Origin: Eledone cirrhosa
Lineage: Eukaryota
Direction: 5' to 3'
Assembly: GCA_964016885.1 (NCBI GenBank)
Contig: OZ024745.1
Location: 42,160,001 to 42,224,000 of the forward strand
Length of the DNA stretch: 64,000 nucleotides
A program made the translations under genes and the position numbers. Of this stretch, positions 41,301 to 56,700 are shown piece after piece. How positions within the stretch are numbered: position 1 is the first letter of the stretch; the number at the start of each line of letters is the position of its first letter. The notes under the pieces are model-generated. The model did not search any database, was not told where the DNA came from, and saw nothing but the letters and a program-made list of their open reading frames with translations.

Positions 41301-42667
41301 AATGCAGAGTGACTCCTAGCTTCTGTGAACTATAGTCCAGCCATTGTTACAGATGACTAGATGACTAGGCAATAGATTGCAGAGTGACTCCTGGCTTCGT
41401 TGAAGTATAGTCTAACCATTGTTGCAGATGACTTGATGACTAGGCAATACAATGCAGAGTGACTCCTGGCTTCAGGGAAGTATAGTCTCACCTTATTGCA
41501 GATGACTAGATGATTAGGCAATAGAATGCAGAGTGACTCCTGGCTTCAGTGAACTATAGTCTCACCTTATTGCAGATGACTAGATGACTAGGCAATAGAA
41601 TGCAGAGTGACTCCTGGCTTCAGTGAACTATAGTCTCACCTTATTGCTGATGACTAGATGACTAGGCAATACAATGCATAGTGACTCCTGGCTTCAGTGA
41701 ACTATAGTCTCACCTTGTTGCAGATGACAAGATGACTGGGCAATAGAATGCAGAGTGACTCCTGGCTTCAGTGAACTATAGTCTCACCTTATTACAGATG
41801 AGTAGATGACTACGCAATAGAATGCAGAGTGACACCTGGCTTCGGTGAAGTATAGTTTAACCATTGTTGCAGATGACTAGATGACTAGGCAATACAATGC
41901 AGAGTGACTCCTGGCTTCAGTGACGTTCAGTCTCACCTTATTGCAGATGACTAAATGACTGGACAATAGAATGCAGAGTGACTCCTGGCTTCTGTGACCT
42001 ATAGTCTCACCTTATTGCTGATGACTAGATGACTACGCAATAGAATGCAGAGTGACTCCTGGCTTCAGGGAACTATAGTCTCACATTATTGCAGATGACT
42101 AGAAGACTAGGCAATAGAATGCAAAGTGACTCCTGGCTTTTGTGAACTGTAGTCTAACCATTGTTGCAGATGATTAGATGACTAGGCAATAGAATGCATA
42201 GTGACTCCTGGCTTCAGTGAACTATAGTCTCACCTTGTTGCAGATGACTAGATGACTGGGCAATAGAATGCAGAGTGACTCCTGGCTTCAGTGAACTATA
42301 GTCTCACCTTATTGCTGATGACTAGATGACTAGGCAATAGAATGCATAGTGACTCCTGGCTTCAGTGAACTATAGTCTCACCTTGTTGCAGATGACTAGA
42401 TGACTGGGCAATAGAATGCAGAGAGACTCCTGGCTTCAGTGAACTATAGTCTCACCTTATTGCAGATGACTAAATGACTAGACAATAGAATGCAGAGTGA
42501 CTCCTGGCTTCTGTGACCTATAGTCTCACCTTATTGCTGATGACTAGATGACTACGCAATAGAATGCAGAGTGACTCCTGGCTTCAGGGAACTATAGTCT
42601 CACATTATTGCAGATGACTAGAAGACTAGGCAATAGAATGCAGAGTGACTCCTGGCTTCTGTGAACT
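29315..42667 (+). repeat. Near-identical tandem duplication with period 6673 bp (about 90 monomers)
   Basis: Constant offset 6673 at 29315/35988, 29521/36194, 34681/41354 and 35754/42427. Confidence 0.93.
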
Positions 42668-45600
42668 GTAGTCTAACCATTGTTGCAGATGACTAGATGA
42701 CTAGGCAATAGATTGCAGAGTGACTCCGGGCTTCAGTGAAGTATAGTCTCACCTTATTGCAGATGACTAGATGACTAGGCAATAGAATGCAGAGTGACTC
42801 CTGGCTTCTGTGAACTGTAGTCTAACCATTGTTGCAGATGACTAGATGACTAGGCAATAGATTGCAGAGTGACACCGGGCTTCAGTGAAGTATAGTCTCA
42901 CCTTATTGCAGATGACTAGATGACTAGGCAATAGAATGCAGAGTGACTCCTGGCTTCAGTGAACTATAGTCTCACCTTATTGCAGATGACTAGATGACTA
43001 GGCAGTAGAATGCAGAGTGACTCCTGGCTTCAGTGAAGTATAGTCTAATCATTGTTGCAGATGACTAGATGACTAGGCAATAGAATGCAGAGTGACTCCT
43101 GGCTTCAGTAAACTATAGTGTCACCTTATTGCAGATGACTAGATGACTAGGCAATAGAATGCAGTGACTCCTGGCTTCTGTGAACTATAGTCTAACCATT
43201 GTTGCAGATGACTAGATGACTAGGCAATAGATTGCAGAGTGACTCCTGGCTTCAGTGAACTATAGTCTCACCTTATTGCAGATGACTAGATGACTGGGCA
43301 ATAGAATGCAGTGAATCCTGGCTTCTGTGAACTATAGTCTAACCATTGTTGCAGATGACTAGATGACTAGGCAATAGATTGCAGTGTAACTAGGGGCTTC
43401 AGTGAAGTATTGTCTCACCTTATCGCAGATGACTAGATGACTGGTCAATAGAATGCAGAGTGACTCCTGGCTTCAGTGAACTATAGTCTCACCTTATTGC
43501 AGATGACTAGATGACTAGGCAATAGAATGCAGTGACTCCTGGCTTCTGTGAACTATAGTCTAACCATTGTTGCAGATGACTAGATGACTAGGCAATAGAA
43601 TGCAGAGTGACTCCTGGCCTCAGTGAAGTATTGTCTCACCTTATCGCAGATGACTAGATGACTAGGCAATAGAATGCAGAGTGACTCGAGGCTTCATTGA
43701 AGTATAGTCTAACCATTGTTGCAGATGACTAGATGACTAGGCAATAGAATGCAGAGTGACTCCTGGCTTCAGTGCACTATAGGCTCACCTTATTGCAGAT
43801 GACTAGATGACTACGCAATAGAATGCAGTGTGACTCCTGGCTTCAGTGAACTATAGTCTCACCTTATTGCAGATGACTAGATGACTAGGCAAAATAATGC
43901 AGAGTGACTCCTGGCTTCAGTGAACTATAGTCTCACCTTATTGCAGATGACTAGAAGACTAGGCAATAGAATGCAAAGTGACTCCTGGCTTTTGTGAACT
44001 ATAGTCTACCCATTGTTACAGATGACTAGATGACTAGGCAATAGATTGCAGAGTGACTCCTGGCTTCGTTGAAGTATAGTCTAACCATTGTTGCAGATGA
44101 CTTGATGACTAGGCAATACAATGCAGAGTGACTCCTGGCTTCAGGGAAGTATAGTGTCACCTTATTGCAGATGACTAGATGACTAGGCAATAGAATGCAG
44201 AGTGACTCCTGGCTTCAGTGAACTATAGTCTCACCTTATTGCTGATGACTAGATGACTAGGCAATAGAATGCATAGTGACTCCTGGCTTCAGTGATCTAT
44301 AGTCTCACCTTGTTGCAGATGACTAGATGACTGGGCAATATAATGCTGAGTGACTCCTAGCTTCTGTGAACTATAGTCTAACCATTGTTACAGATGACTA
44401 GATGACTAGGCAATAGATTGCAGAGTGACTCCTGGCTTCGTTGAAGTATAGTCTAACCATTGTTGCAGATGACTTGATGACTAGGCAATACAATACAGAG
44501 GGACTCCTGGCTTCAGGGAAGTATAGTCTCACCTTATTGCTGATGACTAGATGACTAGGCAATAGAATGCATAGTGACTCCTGGCTTCATTGAACTATAG
44601 TCTCACCTTGTTGCAGATGACTAGATGACTGGGCAATAGAATGCAGAGTGACTCCTGGCTTCATTGAACTGTAGTCTCACCTTATTACAGATGAGTAGAT
44701 GACTACGCAATTGAATGCAGAGTGACACCTGGCTTCGGTGAAGTATAGTCTAACCATTGTTGCAGATGACTAGATGACTAGGCAATACAATGCAGAGTGA
44801 CTCCTGGCTTCAGTGAAGTTCAGTCTCACCTTATTGCAGATGACTAAATGACTGGACAATAGAATGCAGAGTGACTCCTGGCTTCTGTGACCTATAGTCT
44901 CACCTTATTGCTGATGACTAGATGACTACGCAATAGAATGCAGAGTGACTCCTGGCTTCAGGGAACTATAGTCTCACATTATTGCAGATGACTAGAAGAC
45001 TAGGCAATAGAATGCAAAGTGACTCCTGGCTTTTGTGAACTGTAGTCTAACCATTGTTGCAGATGATTAGATGACTAGGCAACAGAATGCAGAGTGACTC
45101 CTGGCTTCGTTGAAGTATAGTCTAACCATTGTTGCAGATGACTTGATGACTAGGCAATACAATGCAGAGTGACTCCTGGCTTCAGTGAACTATAGTCTCA
45201 CCTTGTTGCAGATGACTAGATGACTGGGCAATAGAATGCAGAGTGACTCCTGGCTTCAGTGAACTATAGTCTCACCTTATTGCAGATGACTAAATGACTA
45301 GTCAATAGAATGCAGAGTGACTCCTGGCTTCTGTGACCTGTAGTCTCACCTTATTGCTGATGACTAGATGACTACGCAATAGAATGCAGAGTGACTCCTG
45401 GCTTCAGGGAACTATAGTCTCACATTATTGCAGATGACTAGAAGACTAGGCAATAAAATGCAGAGTGACTCCTGGCTTCTGTGAACTGTAGTCTAACCAT
45501 TGTTGCAGATGACTAGATGACTAGGCAATAGATTGCAGAGTGACTCCGGGCTTCAGTGAAGTATAGTCTCACCTTATTGCAGATGACTAGATGACTAGGC

Positions 45601-48600
45601 AATAGAATGCAGAGTGACTCCTGGCTTCAGTGAACTATAGTCTCACCTTATTGCAGATGACTAGATGACTAGGCAGTAGAATGCAGAGTGACTCCTAGCT
45701 TCAGTGAAGTATAGTCTAATCATTGTTGCAGATGACTAGATGACTAGGCAATAGAATGCAGAGTGACTACTGGCTTCAGTAAACTATAGTGTCACCTTAT
45801 TGCAAATGACTAGATGACTAGGCAATAGAATGCAGTGACTCCTGGCTTCTGTGAACTATAGTCTAACCATTGTTGCAGATGACTAGATGACTAGGCAATA
45901 GATTGCAGAGTGACTCCTGGCTTCAGTGAACTATAGTCTCACCTTATTGCAGATGACTAGATAACTGGGCAATAGAATGCAGTGAATCCTGGCTTCTGTG
46001 AACTATAGTCTAACCATTGTTGCAGATGACTAGTGACTAGGCAATAGATTGCAGTGTAACTAGGGGCTTCAGTGAAGTATTGTCTCACCTAATCGCAGAT
46101 GACTAGATGACTGGTCAATAGAATGCAGAGTGACTCCTGGCTTCAGTGAACTATAGTCTCACCTTATTGCAGATGACTAGATGACTAGGCAATAGAATGC
46201 AGTGACTCCTGGCTTCTGTGAACTATAGTCTAACCATTGTTGCAGATGACTAGATGACTAGGCAATAGAATGCAGAGTGACTCCTGGCTTCAGTGAATAT
46301 TGTCTCACCTTATCGCAGATGACTAGATGACTAGGCAATAGAATGCAGAGTGACTCGAGGCTTCATTGAAGTTTAGTCCAACCATTGTTGCAGATGACTA
46401 GATGACTAGGCAATAGTATGCAGAGTGACTCCTGGCTTCAGTGCACTATAGGCTCACCTTATTGCAGATGATTAGAATACTAGGCAATAGAATGCAGAGT
46501 GACTCCTGGCTTCTGTGAACTGTAGTCTAACCATTGTTGCAGATGACTAGATGACTAGGCAATAGATTGCAGAGTGACTCCGGGCTTCAGTGAACTATAG
46601 TCTCAACTTATTGCAGATGACTAGATGACTAGACAGTAGAATGCAGAGTGACTCCTGGCTTCAGTGAAGTATAGTCTAATCATTGTTGCAGATGACTAGA
46701 TGACTAGGCAATAGAATGCAGAGTGACTCCTGGCTTCAGTAAACTATAGTGTCACCTTATTGCAGATGACTAGATGACTAGGCAATAGAATGCTGTGACT
46801 CCTGGCTTCTGTGAACTATAGTCTAACCATTGTTGCAGATGACTAGATGACTAGGCAATAGATTGCAGAGTGACTCCTGGCTTCAGTGAACTATAGTCTC
46901 ACCTTATTGCAGATGACTAGATGACTGGGCAATAGAATGCAGTGACTCCTGGCTTCTGTGAACTATAGTCTAACCATTGTTGCAGATGACTAGATGACTA
47001 GGCAATAGATTGCAGTGTAACTACGGGCTTCAGTGAAGTATTGTCTCACCTTATGGCAGATGACTAGATGACTAGTCAATAGAATGCAGAGTGACTCCTG
47101 GCTTCAGTGAACTATAGTCTCACCTTATTGCAGATGACTAGATGACTAGGCAATAGAATGCAGTGACTCCTAGCTTCTGTGAACTATAGTCTAACCATTG
47201 TTGCATATGACTAGATTACTACGCAATAGATTGCAGAGTGACTCCTGGCTTCAGTGAACTATAGTCTCACCTTATTGCAGATGACTAGATGACTGGGCAA
47301 TAGAATGCAGTGACTCCTGGCTTCTGTGAACTATAGTCTAGCCATTGTTGCAGATGACTAGATGACTAGGCAATAGATTGCAGTGTAACTACGGGCTTCA
47401 GTGAAGTATTGTCTCACCTTATCGCAGATGACTAGATGACTAGGCAATAGAATGCAGAGTGACTCGGGGCTTCATTGAAGTATAGTCTAACCATTGTTGC
47501 AGATGACTAGATGACTAGGCAATAGAATGCAGAGTGACTCCTGGCTTCAGTGAACTATAGTCTCACCTTATTACAGATGACTAGATGACTACGCAATAGA
47601 ATGCAGAGTGACTCCTGACTTCGGTGAAGTATAGTCTAACCATTGTTGCAGATGACTAGATGACTAGGCAAAACAATGCAGAGTGACTCCTGGCTTCAGT
47701 GAAGTTCAGTCTCACCTTATTGCAGATGACTAAATGACTAGACAATAGAATACAGAGTGACTCCTGGCTTCAGTGATGTATAGTCTCACCTTATTGCAGA
47801 TGACTAGATGACTAGGCAATAGAATGCAGAGTGACTCCTGGCTTCTGTGAACTATAGTCTCACCTTATTGCTGATGACTAGATGACTACGCAATAGAATG
47901 CAGAGTGACTCCTGGCTTCAGGGAACTATAGTCTCACATTATTGCAGATGACTAGAAGACTAGGCAATAGAATGCAGAGTGACTCCTGGCTTCTGTGAAC
48001 TGTAGTCTAACCATTGTTGTAGATGACTAGATGACTAGGCAATAGATTGCAGAGTGACTCCGGGCTTCAGTGAAGTATAGTCTCACCTTATTGCAGATGA
48101 CTAGATGACTAGGCAATAGAATGCAGAGTGACTCCTGGCTTCAGTGAACTATAGTCTCACCTTATTGCAGATGACTAGATGACTAGGCAGTAGAATGCAG
48201 AGTGACTCCTGGCTTCAGTGAAGTATAGTCTAATCATTGTTGCAGATGACTAGATGACTAGGCAATAGAATGCAGAGTGACTCCTGGCTTCAGTAAACTA
48301 TAGTGTCACCTTATTGCAGATGACTAGATGACTAGGCAATAGAATGCAGTGACTCCTGGCTTCTGTGAACTATAGTCTAACCATTGTTGCAGATGACTAG
48401 ATGACTAGGCAATAGATTGCAGAGTGACTCCTGGCTTCAGTGAACTATAGTCTCACCTTATTGCAGATGACTAGATGACTGGGCAATAGAATGCAGAGTG
48501 ACTCCTGGCTTCTGTGAACTATAGTCTAACCATTGTTGCAGATGACTAGATGACTAGGCAATAGATTGCAGTGTAACTACGGGCTTCAGTGAAGTATTGT

Positions 48601-51600
48601 CTCACCTTATCGCAGATGACTAGATGACTAGTCAATAGAATGCAGAGTGACTCCTGGCTTCAGTGAACTATAGTCTAACCATTGTTGCAGATGACTAGAT
48701 GACTAGGCAATAGATTGCAGTGTAACTACGGGCTTCAGTGAAGTATTGTCTCACATTATCGCAGATGACTAGATGACTAGTCAATAGAATGCAGAGTGAC
48801 TCCTGGCTTCAGTGAAATATAGTCTCACCTTATTGCAGATGACTAGATGACTGGGCAATAGAATGCAGTGACTCCTGGCTTCTGTGAACTATAGTCTAAC
48901 CATTGTTGCAGATGACTAGATGACTAGGCAATAGATTGCAGAGTGACTCCTGGCTTCAGTGAACTATAGTCTCACCTTATTGCAGATGACTAGATGACTA
49001 GGCAATAGAATGCAGAGTGACTCGGGGCTTCATTGAAGTATAGTCTAACCATTGTTGCAGATGACTAGATGACTACGCAATAGAATGCAGTGTGACTCCT
49101 GGCTTCAGTGAACTATAGTCTCACCTTATTGCAGATGACTAGATGACTAGGCAAAAGAATGCTGAGTGACTCCTGGCTTCAGTGAACTATAGTCTCACAT
49201 TATTGCAGATGACTAGAAGACTAGGCAATAGAATGCAGAGTGACTCCTGGCTTTTGTGAACTGTAGTCTAACCATTGTTGCAGATGATTAAATGACTAGG
49301 CAATAGAATGCAGAGTGACTCCTGGCTTCGTTGAAGTATAGTCTAACCATTGTTGCAGATGACTTGATGACTAGGCAATACAATGCAGAGTGACTCCTGG
49401 CCTCAGGGAAGTATAGTCTCACCTTATTGCAGATGACTAGATGATTAGGCAATAGAATGCAGAGTGACTCCTGGCTTCAGTGAACTATAGTGTCACCTTA
49501 TTGCAGATGACTAGATGACTAGGCAATAGAATGCAGAGTGAATCCTGGCTTCAGTGAACTATAGTCTCACCTTATTGCTGATGACTAGATGACTAGGCAA
49601 TAGAATGCATAGTGACTCCTGGCTTCAGTGAACTATAGTCTCACCTTGTTGCAGAGGACTAGATGACTGGGCAATAGAATGCAGAGTGACTCCTAGCTTC
49701 TGTGAACTATAGTCTACCCATTGTTACAGATGACTAGATGACTAGGCAATAGATTGCAGAGTGACTCCTGGCTTCGTTGAAGTATAGTCTAACCATTGTT
49801 GCAGATGACTTGATGACTAGGCAATACAATGCAGAGTGACTCCTGGCTTCAGGGAAGTATAGTCTCACCTTGTTGCAGATGACTAGATGATTAGGCAATA
49901 GAATGCAGAGTGACTCCTCGCTTCAGTGAACTATAGTCTCACCTTATTGCAGATGACTAGATGACTAGGCAATAGAATGCAGAGTGACTCCTGGCTTCAG
50001 TGAACTATAGTCTCACCTTATTGCTGATGACTAGATGACTAGGCAATACAATGCATAGTGACTCCTGGCTTCAGTGAACTATAGTCTCACCTTGTTGCAG
50101 ATGACAAGATGACTGGGCAATAGAATGCAGAGTGACTCCTGGCTTCAGTGAACTATAGTCTCACCTTATTACAGATGAGTAGATGACTACGCAATAGAAT
50201 GCAGAGTGACACCTGGCTTCGGTGAAGTATAGTTTAACCATTGTTGCAGATGACTAGATGACTAGGCAATACAATGCAGAGTGACTCCTGGCTTCAGTGA
50301 CGTTCAGTCTCACCTTATTGCAGATGACTAAATGACTGGACAATAGAATGCAGAGTGACTCCTGGCTTCTGTGACCTATAGTCTCACCTTATTGCTGATG
50401 ACTAGATGACTACGCAATAGAATGCAGAGTGACTCCTGGCTTCAGGGAACTATAGTCTCACATTATTGCAGATGACTAGAAGACTAGGCAATAGAATGCA
50501 AAGTGACTCCTGGCTTTTGTGAACTGTAGTCTAACCATTGTTGCAGATGATTAGATGACTAGGCAATAGAATGCATAGTGACTCCTGGCTTCAGTGAACT
50601 ATAGTCTCACCTTGTTGCAGATGACTAGATGACTGGGCAATAGAATGCAGAGTGACTCCTGGCTTCAGTGAACTATAGTCTCACCTTATTGCTGATGACT
50701 AGATGACTAGGCAATAGAATGCATAGTGACTCCTGGCTTCAGTGAACTATAGTCTCACCTTGTTGCAGATGACTAGATGACTGGGCAATAGAATGCAGAG
50801 AGACTCCTGGCTTCAGTGAACTATAGTCTCACCTTATTGCAGATGACTAAATGACTAGACAATAGAATGCAGAGTGACTCCTGGCTTCTGTGACCTATAG
50901 TCTCACCTTATTGCTGATGACTAGATGACTACGCAATAGAATGCAGAGTGACTCCTGGCTTCAGGGAACTATAGTCTCACATTATTGCAGATGACTAGAA
51001 GACTAGGCAATAGAATGCAGAGTGACTCCTGGCTTCTGTGAACTGTAGTCTAACCATTGTTGCAGATGACTAGATGACTAGGCAATAGATTGCAGAGTGA
51101 CTCCGGGCTTCAGTGAAGTATAGTCTCACCTTATTGCAGATGACTAGATGACTAGGCAATAGAATGCAGAGTGACTCCTGGCTTCTGTGAACTGTAGTCT
51201 AACCATTGTTGCAGATGACTAGATGACTAGGCAATAGATTGCAGAGTGACACCGGGCTTCAGTGAAGTATAGTCTCACCTTATTGCAGATGACTAGATGA
51301 CTAGGCAATAGAATGCAGAGTGACTCCTGGCTTCAGTGAACTATAGTCTCACCTTATTGCAGATGACTAGATGACTAGGCAGTAGAATGCAGAGTGACTC
51401 CTGGCTTCAGTGAAGTATAGTCTAATCATTGTTGCAGATGACTAGATGACTAGGCAATAGAATGCAGAGTGACTCCTGGCTTCAGTAAACTATAGTGTCA
51501 CCTTATTGCAGATGACTAGATGACTAGGCAATAGAATGCAGTGACTCCTGGCTTCTGTGAACTATAGTCTAACCATTGTTGCAGATGACTAGATGACTAG

Positions 51601-52532
51601 GCAATAGATTGCAGAGTGACTCCTGGCTTCAGTGAACTATAGTCTCACCTTATTGCAGATGACTAGATGACTGGGCAATAGAATGCAGTGAATCCTGGCT
51701 TCTGTGAACTATAGTCTAACCATTGTTGCAGATGACTAGATGACTAGGCAATAGATTGCAGTGTAACTAGGGGCTTCAGTGAAGTATTGTCTCACCTTAT
51801 CGCAGATGACTAGATGACTGGTCAATAGAATGCAGAGTGACTCCTGGCTTCAGTGAACTATAGTCTCACCTTATTGCAGATGACTAGATGACTAGGCAAT
51901 AGAATGCAGTGACTCCTGGCTTCTGTGAACTATAGTCTAACCATTGTTGCAGATGACTAGATGACTAGGCAATAGAATGCAGAGTGACTCCTGGCTTCAG
52001 TGAAGTATTGTCTCACCTTATCGCAGATGACTAGATGACTAGGCAATAGAATGCAGAGTGACTCGAGGCTTCATTGAAGTATAGTCTAACCATTGTTGCA
52101 GATGACTAGATGACTAGGCAATAGAATGCAGAGTGACTCCTGGCTTCAGTGCACTATAGGCTCACCTTATTGCAGATGACTAGATGACTACGCAATAGAA
52201 TGCAGTGTGACTCCTGGCTTCAGTGAACTATAGTCTCACCTTATTGCAGATGACTAGATGACTAGGCAAAATAATGCAGAGTGACTCCTGGCTTCAGTGA
52301 ACTATAGTCTCACCTTATTGCAGATGACTAGAAGACTAGGCAATAGAATGCAAAGTGACTCCTGGCTTTTGTGAACTATAGTCTACCCATTGTTACAGAT
52401 GACTAGATGACTAGGCAATAGATTGCAGAGTGACTCCTGGCTTCGTTGAAGTATAGTCTAACCATTGTTGCAGATGACTTGATGACTAGGCAATACAATG
52501 CAGAGTGACTCCTGGCTTCAGGGAAGTATAGT
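38125..52532 (+). repeat. Duplication: about 38125-44155 repeated at about 46500-52532 (offset 8377)
   Basis: Offset 8377 at 38161/46538, 42781/51158 and 42871/51248 (private GACACCGGG variant). Confidence 0.88.
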
Positions 52533-55500
52533 CTCACCTTATTGCAGATGACTAGATGATTAGGCAATAGAATGCAGAGTGACTCCTGGCTTCAGTGAAC
52601 TATAGTCTCACCTTATTGCAGATGACTAGATGACTAGGCAATAGAATGCAGAGTGACTCCTGGCTTTTGTGAACTGTAGTCTAACCATTGTTGCAGATGA
52701 TTAGATGACTAGGCAATAGAATGCATAGTGACTCCTGGCTTCAGTGAACTATAGTCTCACCTTGTTGCAGATGACTAGATGACTGGGCAATAGAATGCAG
52801 AGTGACTCCTGGCTTCAGTGAACTATAGTCTCACCTTATTGCTGATGACTAGATGACTAGGCAATAGAATGCATAGTGACTCCTGGCTTCAGTGAACTAT
52901 AGTCTCACCTTGTTGCAGATGACTAGATGACTGGGCAATAGAATGCAGAGAGACTCCTGGCTTCAGTGAACTATAGTCTCACCTTATTGCAGATGACTAA
53001 ATGACTAGACAATAGAATGCAGAGTGTCTCCTGGCTTCTGTGACCTATAGTCTCACCTTATTGCTGATGACTAGATGACTACGCAATAGAATGCAGAGTG
53101 ACTCCTGGCTTCAGGGAACTATAGTCTCACATTATTGCAGATGACTAGAAGACTAGGCAATAGAATGCAGAGTGACTCCTGGCTTCTGTGAACTGTAGTC
53201 TAACCATTGTTGCAGATGACTAGATGACTAGGCAATAGATTGCAGAGTGACTCCGGGCTTCAGTGAAGTATAGTCTCACCTTATTGCAGATGACTAGATG
53301 ACTAGGCAATAGAATGCAGAGTGACTCCTGGCTTCTGTGAAGTATAGTCTAATCATTGTTGCAGATGACTAGATGACTAGGCAATAGAATGCAGAGTGAC
53401 TCCTGGCTTCAGTAAACTATAGTGTCACCTTATTGCAGATGACTAGATGACTAGGCAATAGAATGCAGTGACTCCTGGCTTCTGTGAACTATAGTCTAAC
53501 CATTGTTGCAGATGACTAGATGACTAGGCAATAGATTGCAGAGTGACTCCTGGCTTCAGTGAACTATAGTCTCACCTTATTGCAGATGACTAGATGACTG
53601 GGCAATAGAATGCAGTGAATCCTGGCTTCTGTGAACTATAGTCTAACCATTGTTGCAGATGACTAGATGACTAGGCAATAGATTGCAGTGTAACTAGGGG
53701 CTTCAGTGAAGTATTGTCTCACCTTATCGCAGATGACTAGATGACTGGTCAATAGAATGCAGAGTGACTCCTGGCTTCAGTGAACTATAGTCTCACCTTA
53801 TTGCAGATGACTAGATGACTAGGCAATAGAATGCAGTGACTCCTGGCTTCTGTGAACTATAGTCTAACCATTGTTGCAGATGACTAGATGACTAGGCAAT
53901 AGAATGCAGAGTGACTCCTGGCTTCAGTGAAGTATTGTCTCACCTTATCGCAGATGACTAGATGACTAGGCAATAGAATGCAGAGTGACTCGAGGCTTCA
54001 TTGAAGTATAGTCTAACCATTGTTGCAGATGACTAGATGACTAGGCAATAGAATGCAGAGTGACTCCTGGCTCCAGTGCACTATAGGCTCACCTTATTGC
54101 AGATGACTAGATGACTACGCAATAGAATGCAGTGTGACTCCTGGCTTCAGTGAACTATAGTCTCACCTTATTGCAGATGACTAGATGACTAGGCAAAATA
54201 ATGCAGAGTGACTCCTGGCTTCAGTGAACTATAGTCTCACCTTATAGCAGATGACTAGAAGACTAGGCAATAGAATGCAAAGTGACTCCTGGCTTTTGTG
54301 AACTATAGTCTACCCATTGTTACAGATGACTAGATGACTAGGCAATAGATTGCAGAGTGACTCCTGGCTTCGTTGAAGTATAGTCTAACCATTGTTGCAG
54401 ATGACTTGATGACTAGGCAATACAATGCAGAGTGACTCCTGGCTTCAGGGAAGTATAGTCTCACCTTATTGCAGATGACTAGATGATTAGGCAATAGAAT
54501 GCAGAGTGACTCCTGGCTTCAGTGAACTATAGTCTCACCTTATTGCAGATGACTAGATGACTAGGCAATAGAATGCAGAGTGACTCCTGGCTTCAGTGAA
54601 CTATAGTCTCACCTTATTGCTGATGACTAGATGACTAGGCAATAGAATGCATAGTGACTCCTGGCTTCAGTGAACTATAGTCTCACCTTGTTGCAGATGA
54701 CTAGATGACTGGGCAATAGAATGCAGAGTGACTCCTGGCTTCAGTGAACTGTAGTCTCACCTTATTACAGATGAGTAGATGACTACGCAATTGAATGCAG
54801 AGTGACACCTGGCTTCGGTGAAGTATAGTCTAACCATTGTTGCAGATGACTAGATGACTAGGCAATACAATGCAGAGTGACTCCTGGCTTCAGTGAAGTT
54901 CAGTCTCACCTTATTGCAGATGACTAAATGACTGGACAATAGAATGCAGAGTGACTCCTGGCTTCTGTGACCTATAGTCTCACCTTATTGCTGATGACTA
55001 GATGACTACGCAATAGAATGCAGAGTGACTCCTGGCTTCAGGGAACTATAGTCTCACATTATTGCAGATGACTAGAAGACTAGGCAATAGAATGCAAAGT
55101 GACTCCTGGCTTTTGTGAACTGTAGTCTAACCATTGTTGCAGATGATTAGATGACTAGGCAACAGAATGCAGAGTGACTCCTGGCTTCGTTGAAGTATAG
55201 TCTAACCATTGTTGCAGATGACTTGATGACTAGGCAATACAATGCAGAGTGACTCCTGGCTTCAGTGAACTATAGTCTCACCTTGTTGCAGATGACTAGA
55301 TGACTGGGCAATAGAATGCAGAGTGACTCCTGGCTTCAGTGAACTATAGTCTCACCTTATTGCAGATGACTAAATGACTAGACAATAGAATGCAGAGTGA
55401 CTCCTGGCTTCTGTGACCTGTAGTCTCACCTTATTGCTGATGACTAGATGACTACGCAATAGAATGCAGAGTGACTCCTGGCTTCAGGGAACTATAGTCT

Positions 55501-56700
55501 CACATTATTGCAGATGACTAGAAGACTAGGCAATAAAATGCAGAGTGACTCCTGGCTTCTGTGAACTGTAGTCTAACCATTGTTGCAGATGACTAGATGA
55601 CTAGGCAATAGATTGCAGAGTGACTCCGGGCTTCAGTGAAGTATAGTCTCACCTTATTGCAGATGACTAGATGACTAGGCAATAGAATGCAGAGTGACTC
55701 CTGGCTTCTGTGAACTGTAGTCTAACCATTGTTGCAGATGACTAGATGACTAGGCAATAGATTGCAGAGTGACTCCGGGCTTCAGTGAAGTATAGTCTCA
55801 CCTTATTGCAGATGACTAGATGACTAGGCAATAGAATGCAGAGTGACTCCTGGCTTCAGTGAACTATAGTCTCACCTTATTGCAGATGACTAGATGACTA
55901 GGCAGTAGAATGCAGAGTGACTCCTAGCTTCAGTGAAGTATAGTCTAATCATTGTTGCAGATGACTAGATGACTAGGCAATAGAATGCAGAGTGACTACT
56001 GGCTTCAGTAAACTATAGTGTCACCTTATTGCAGATGACTAGATGACTAGGCAATAGAATGCAGTGACTCCTGGCTTCTGTGAACTATAGTCTAACCATT
56101 GTTGCAGATGACTAGATGACTAGGCAATAGATTGCAGAGTGACTCCTGGCTTCAGTGAACTATAGTCTCACCTTATTGCAGATGACTAGATAACTGGGCA
56201 ATAGAATGCAGTGAATCCTGGCTTCTGTGAACTATAGTCTAACCATTGTTGCAGATGACTAGTGACTAGGCAATAGATTGCAGTGTAACTAGGGGCTTCA
56301 GTGAAGTATTGTCTCACCTTATCGCAGATGACTTGATGACTGGTCAATAGAATGCAGAGTGACTCCTGGCTTCAGTGAACTATAGTCTCACCTTATTGCA
56401 GATGACTAGATGACTAGGCAATAGAATGCAGTGACTCCTGGCTTCTGTGAACTATAGTCTAACCATTGTTGCAGATGACTAGATGACTAGGCAATAGAAT
56501 GCAGAGTGACTCCTGGCTTCAGTGAATATTGTCTCACCTTATCGCAGATGACTAGATGACTAGGCAATAGAATGCAGAGTGACTCGAGGCTTCATTGAAG
56601 TTTAGTCTAACCATTGTTGCAGATGACTAGATGACTAGGCAATAGTATGCAGAGTGACTCCTGGCTTCAGTGCACTATAGGCTCACCTTATTGCAGATGA
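44520..56700 (+). repeat. Duplication: about 44520-46470 repeated at about 54600-56700 (offset 10080, then 10229)
   Basis: Line 44641 closely matches line 54721. Shared private variants are GCAACAG, GCAATAAAATG, GACTAGTGACT and GAATATTG. The second copy has an extra 149-bp dimer. Confidence 0.85.
50502..54578 (+). repeat. Tandem duplication with period 2150 bp; the second copy lacks 223 bp
   Basis: Offset 2150 at 50521/52671 and 1927 at 52261/54188. Confidence 0.85.
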
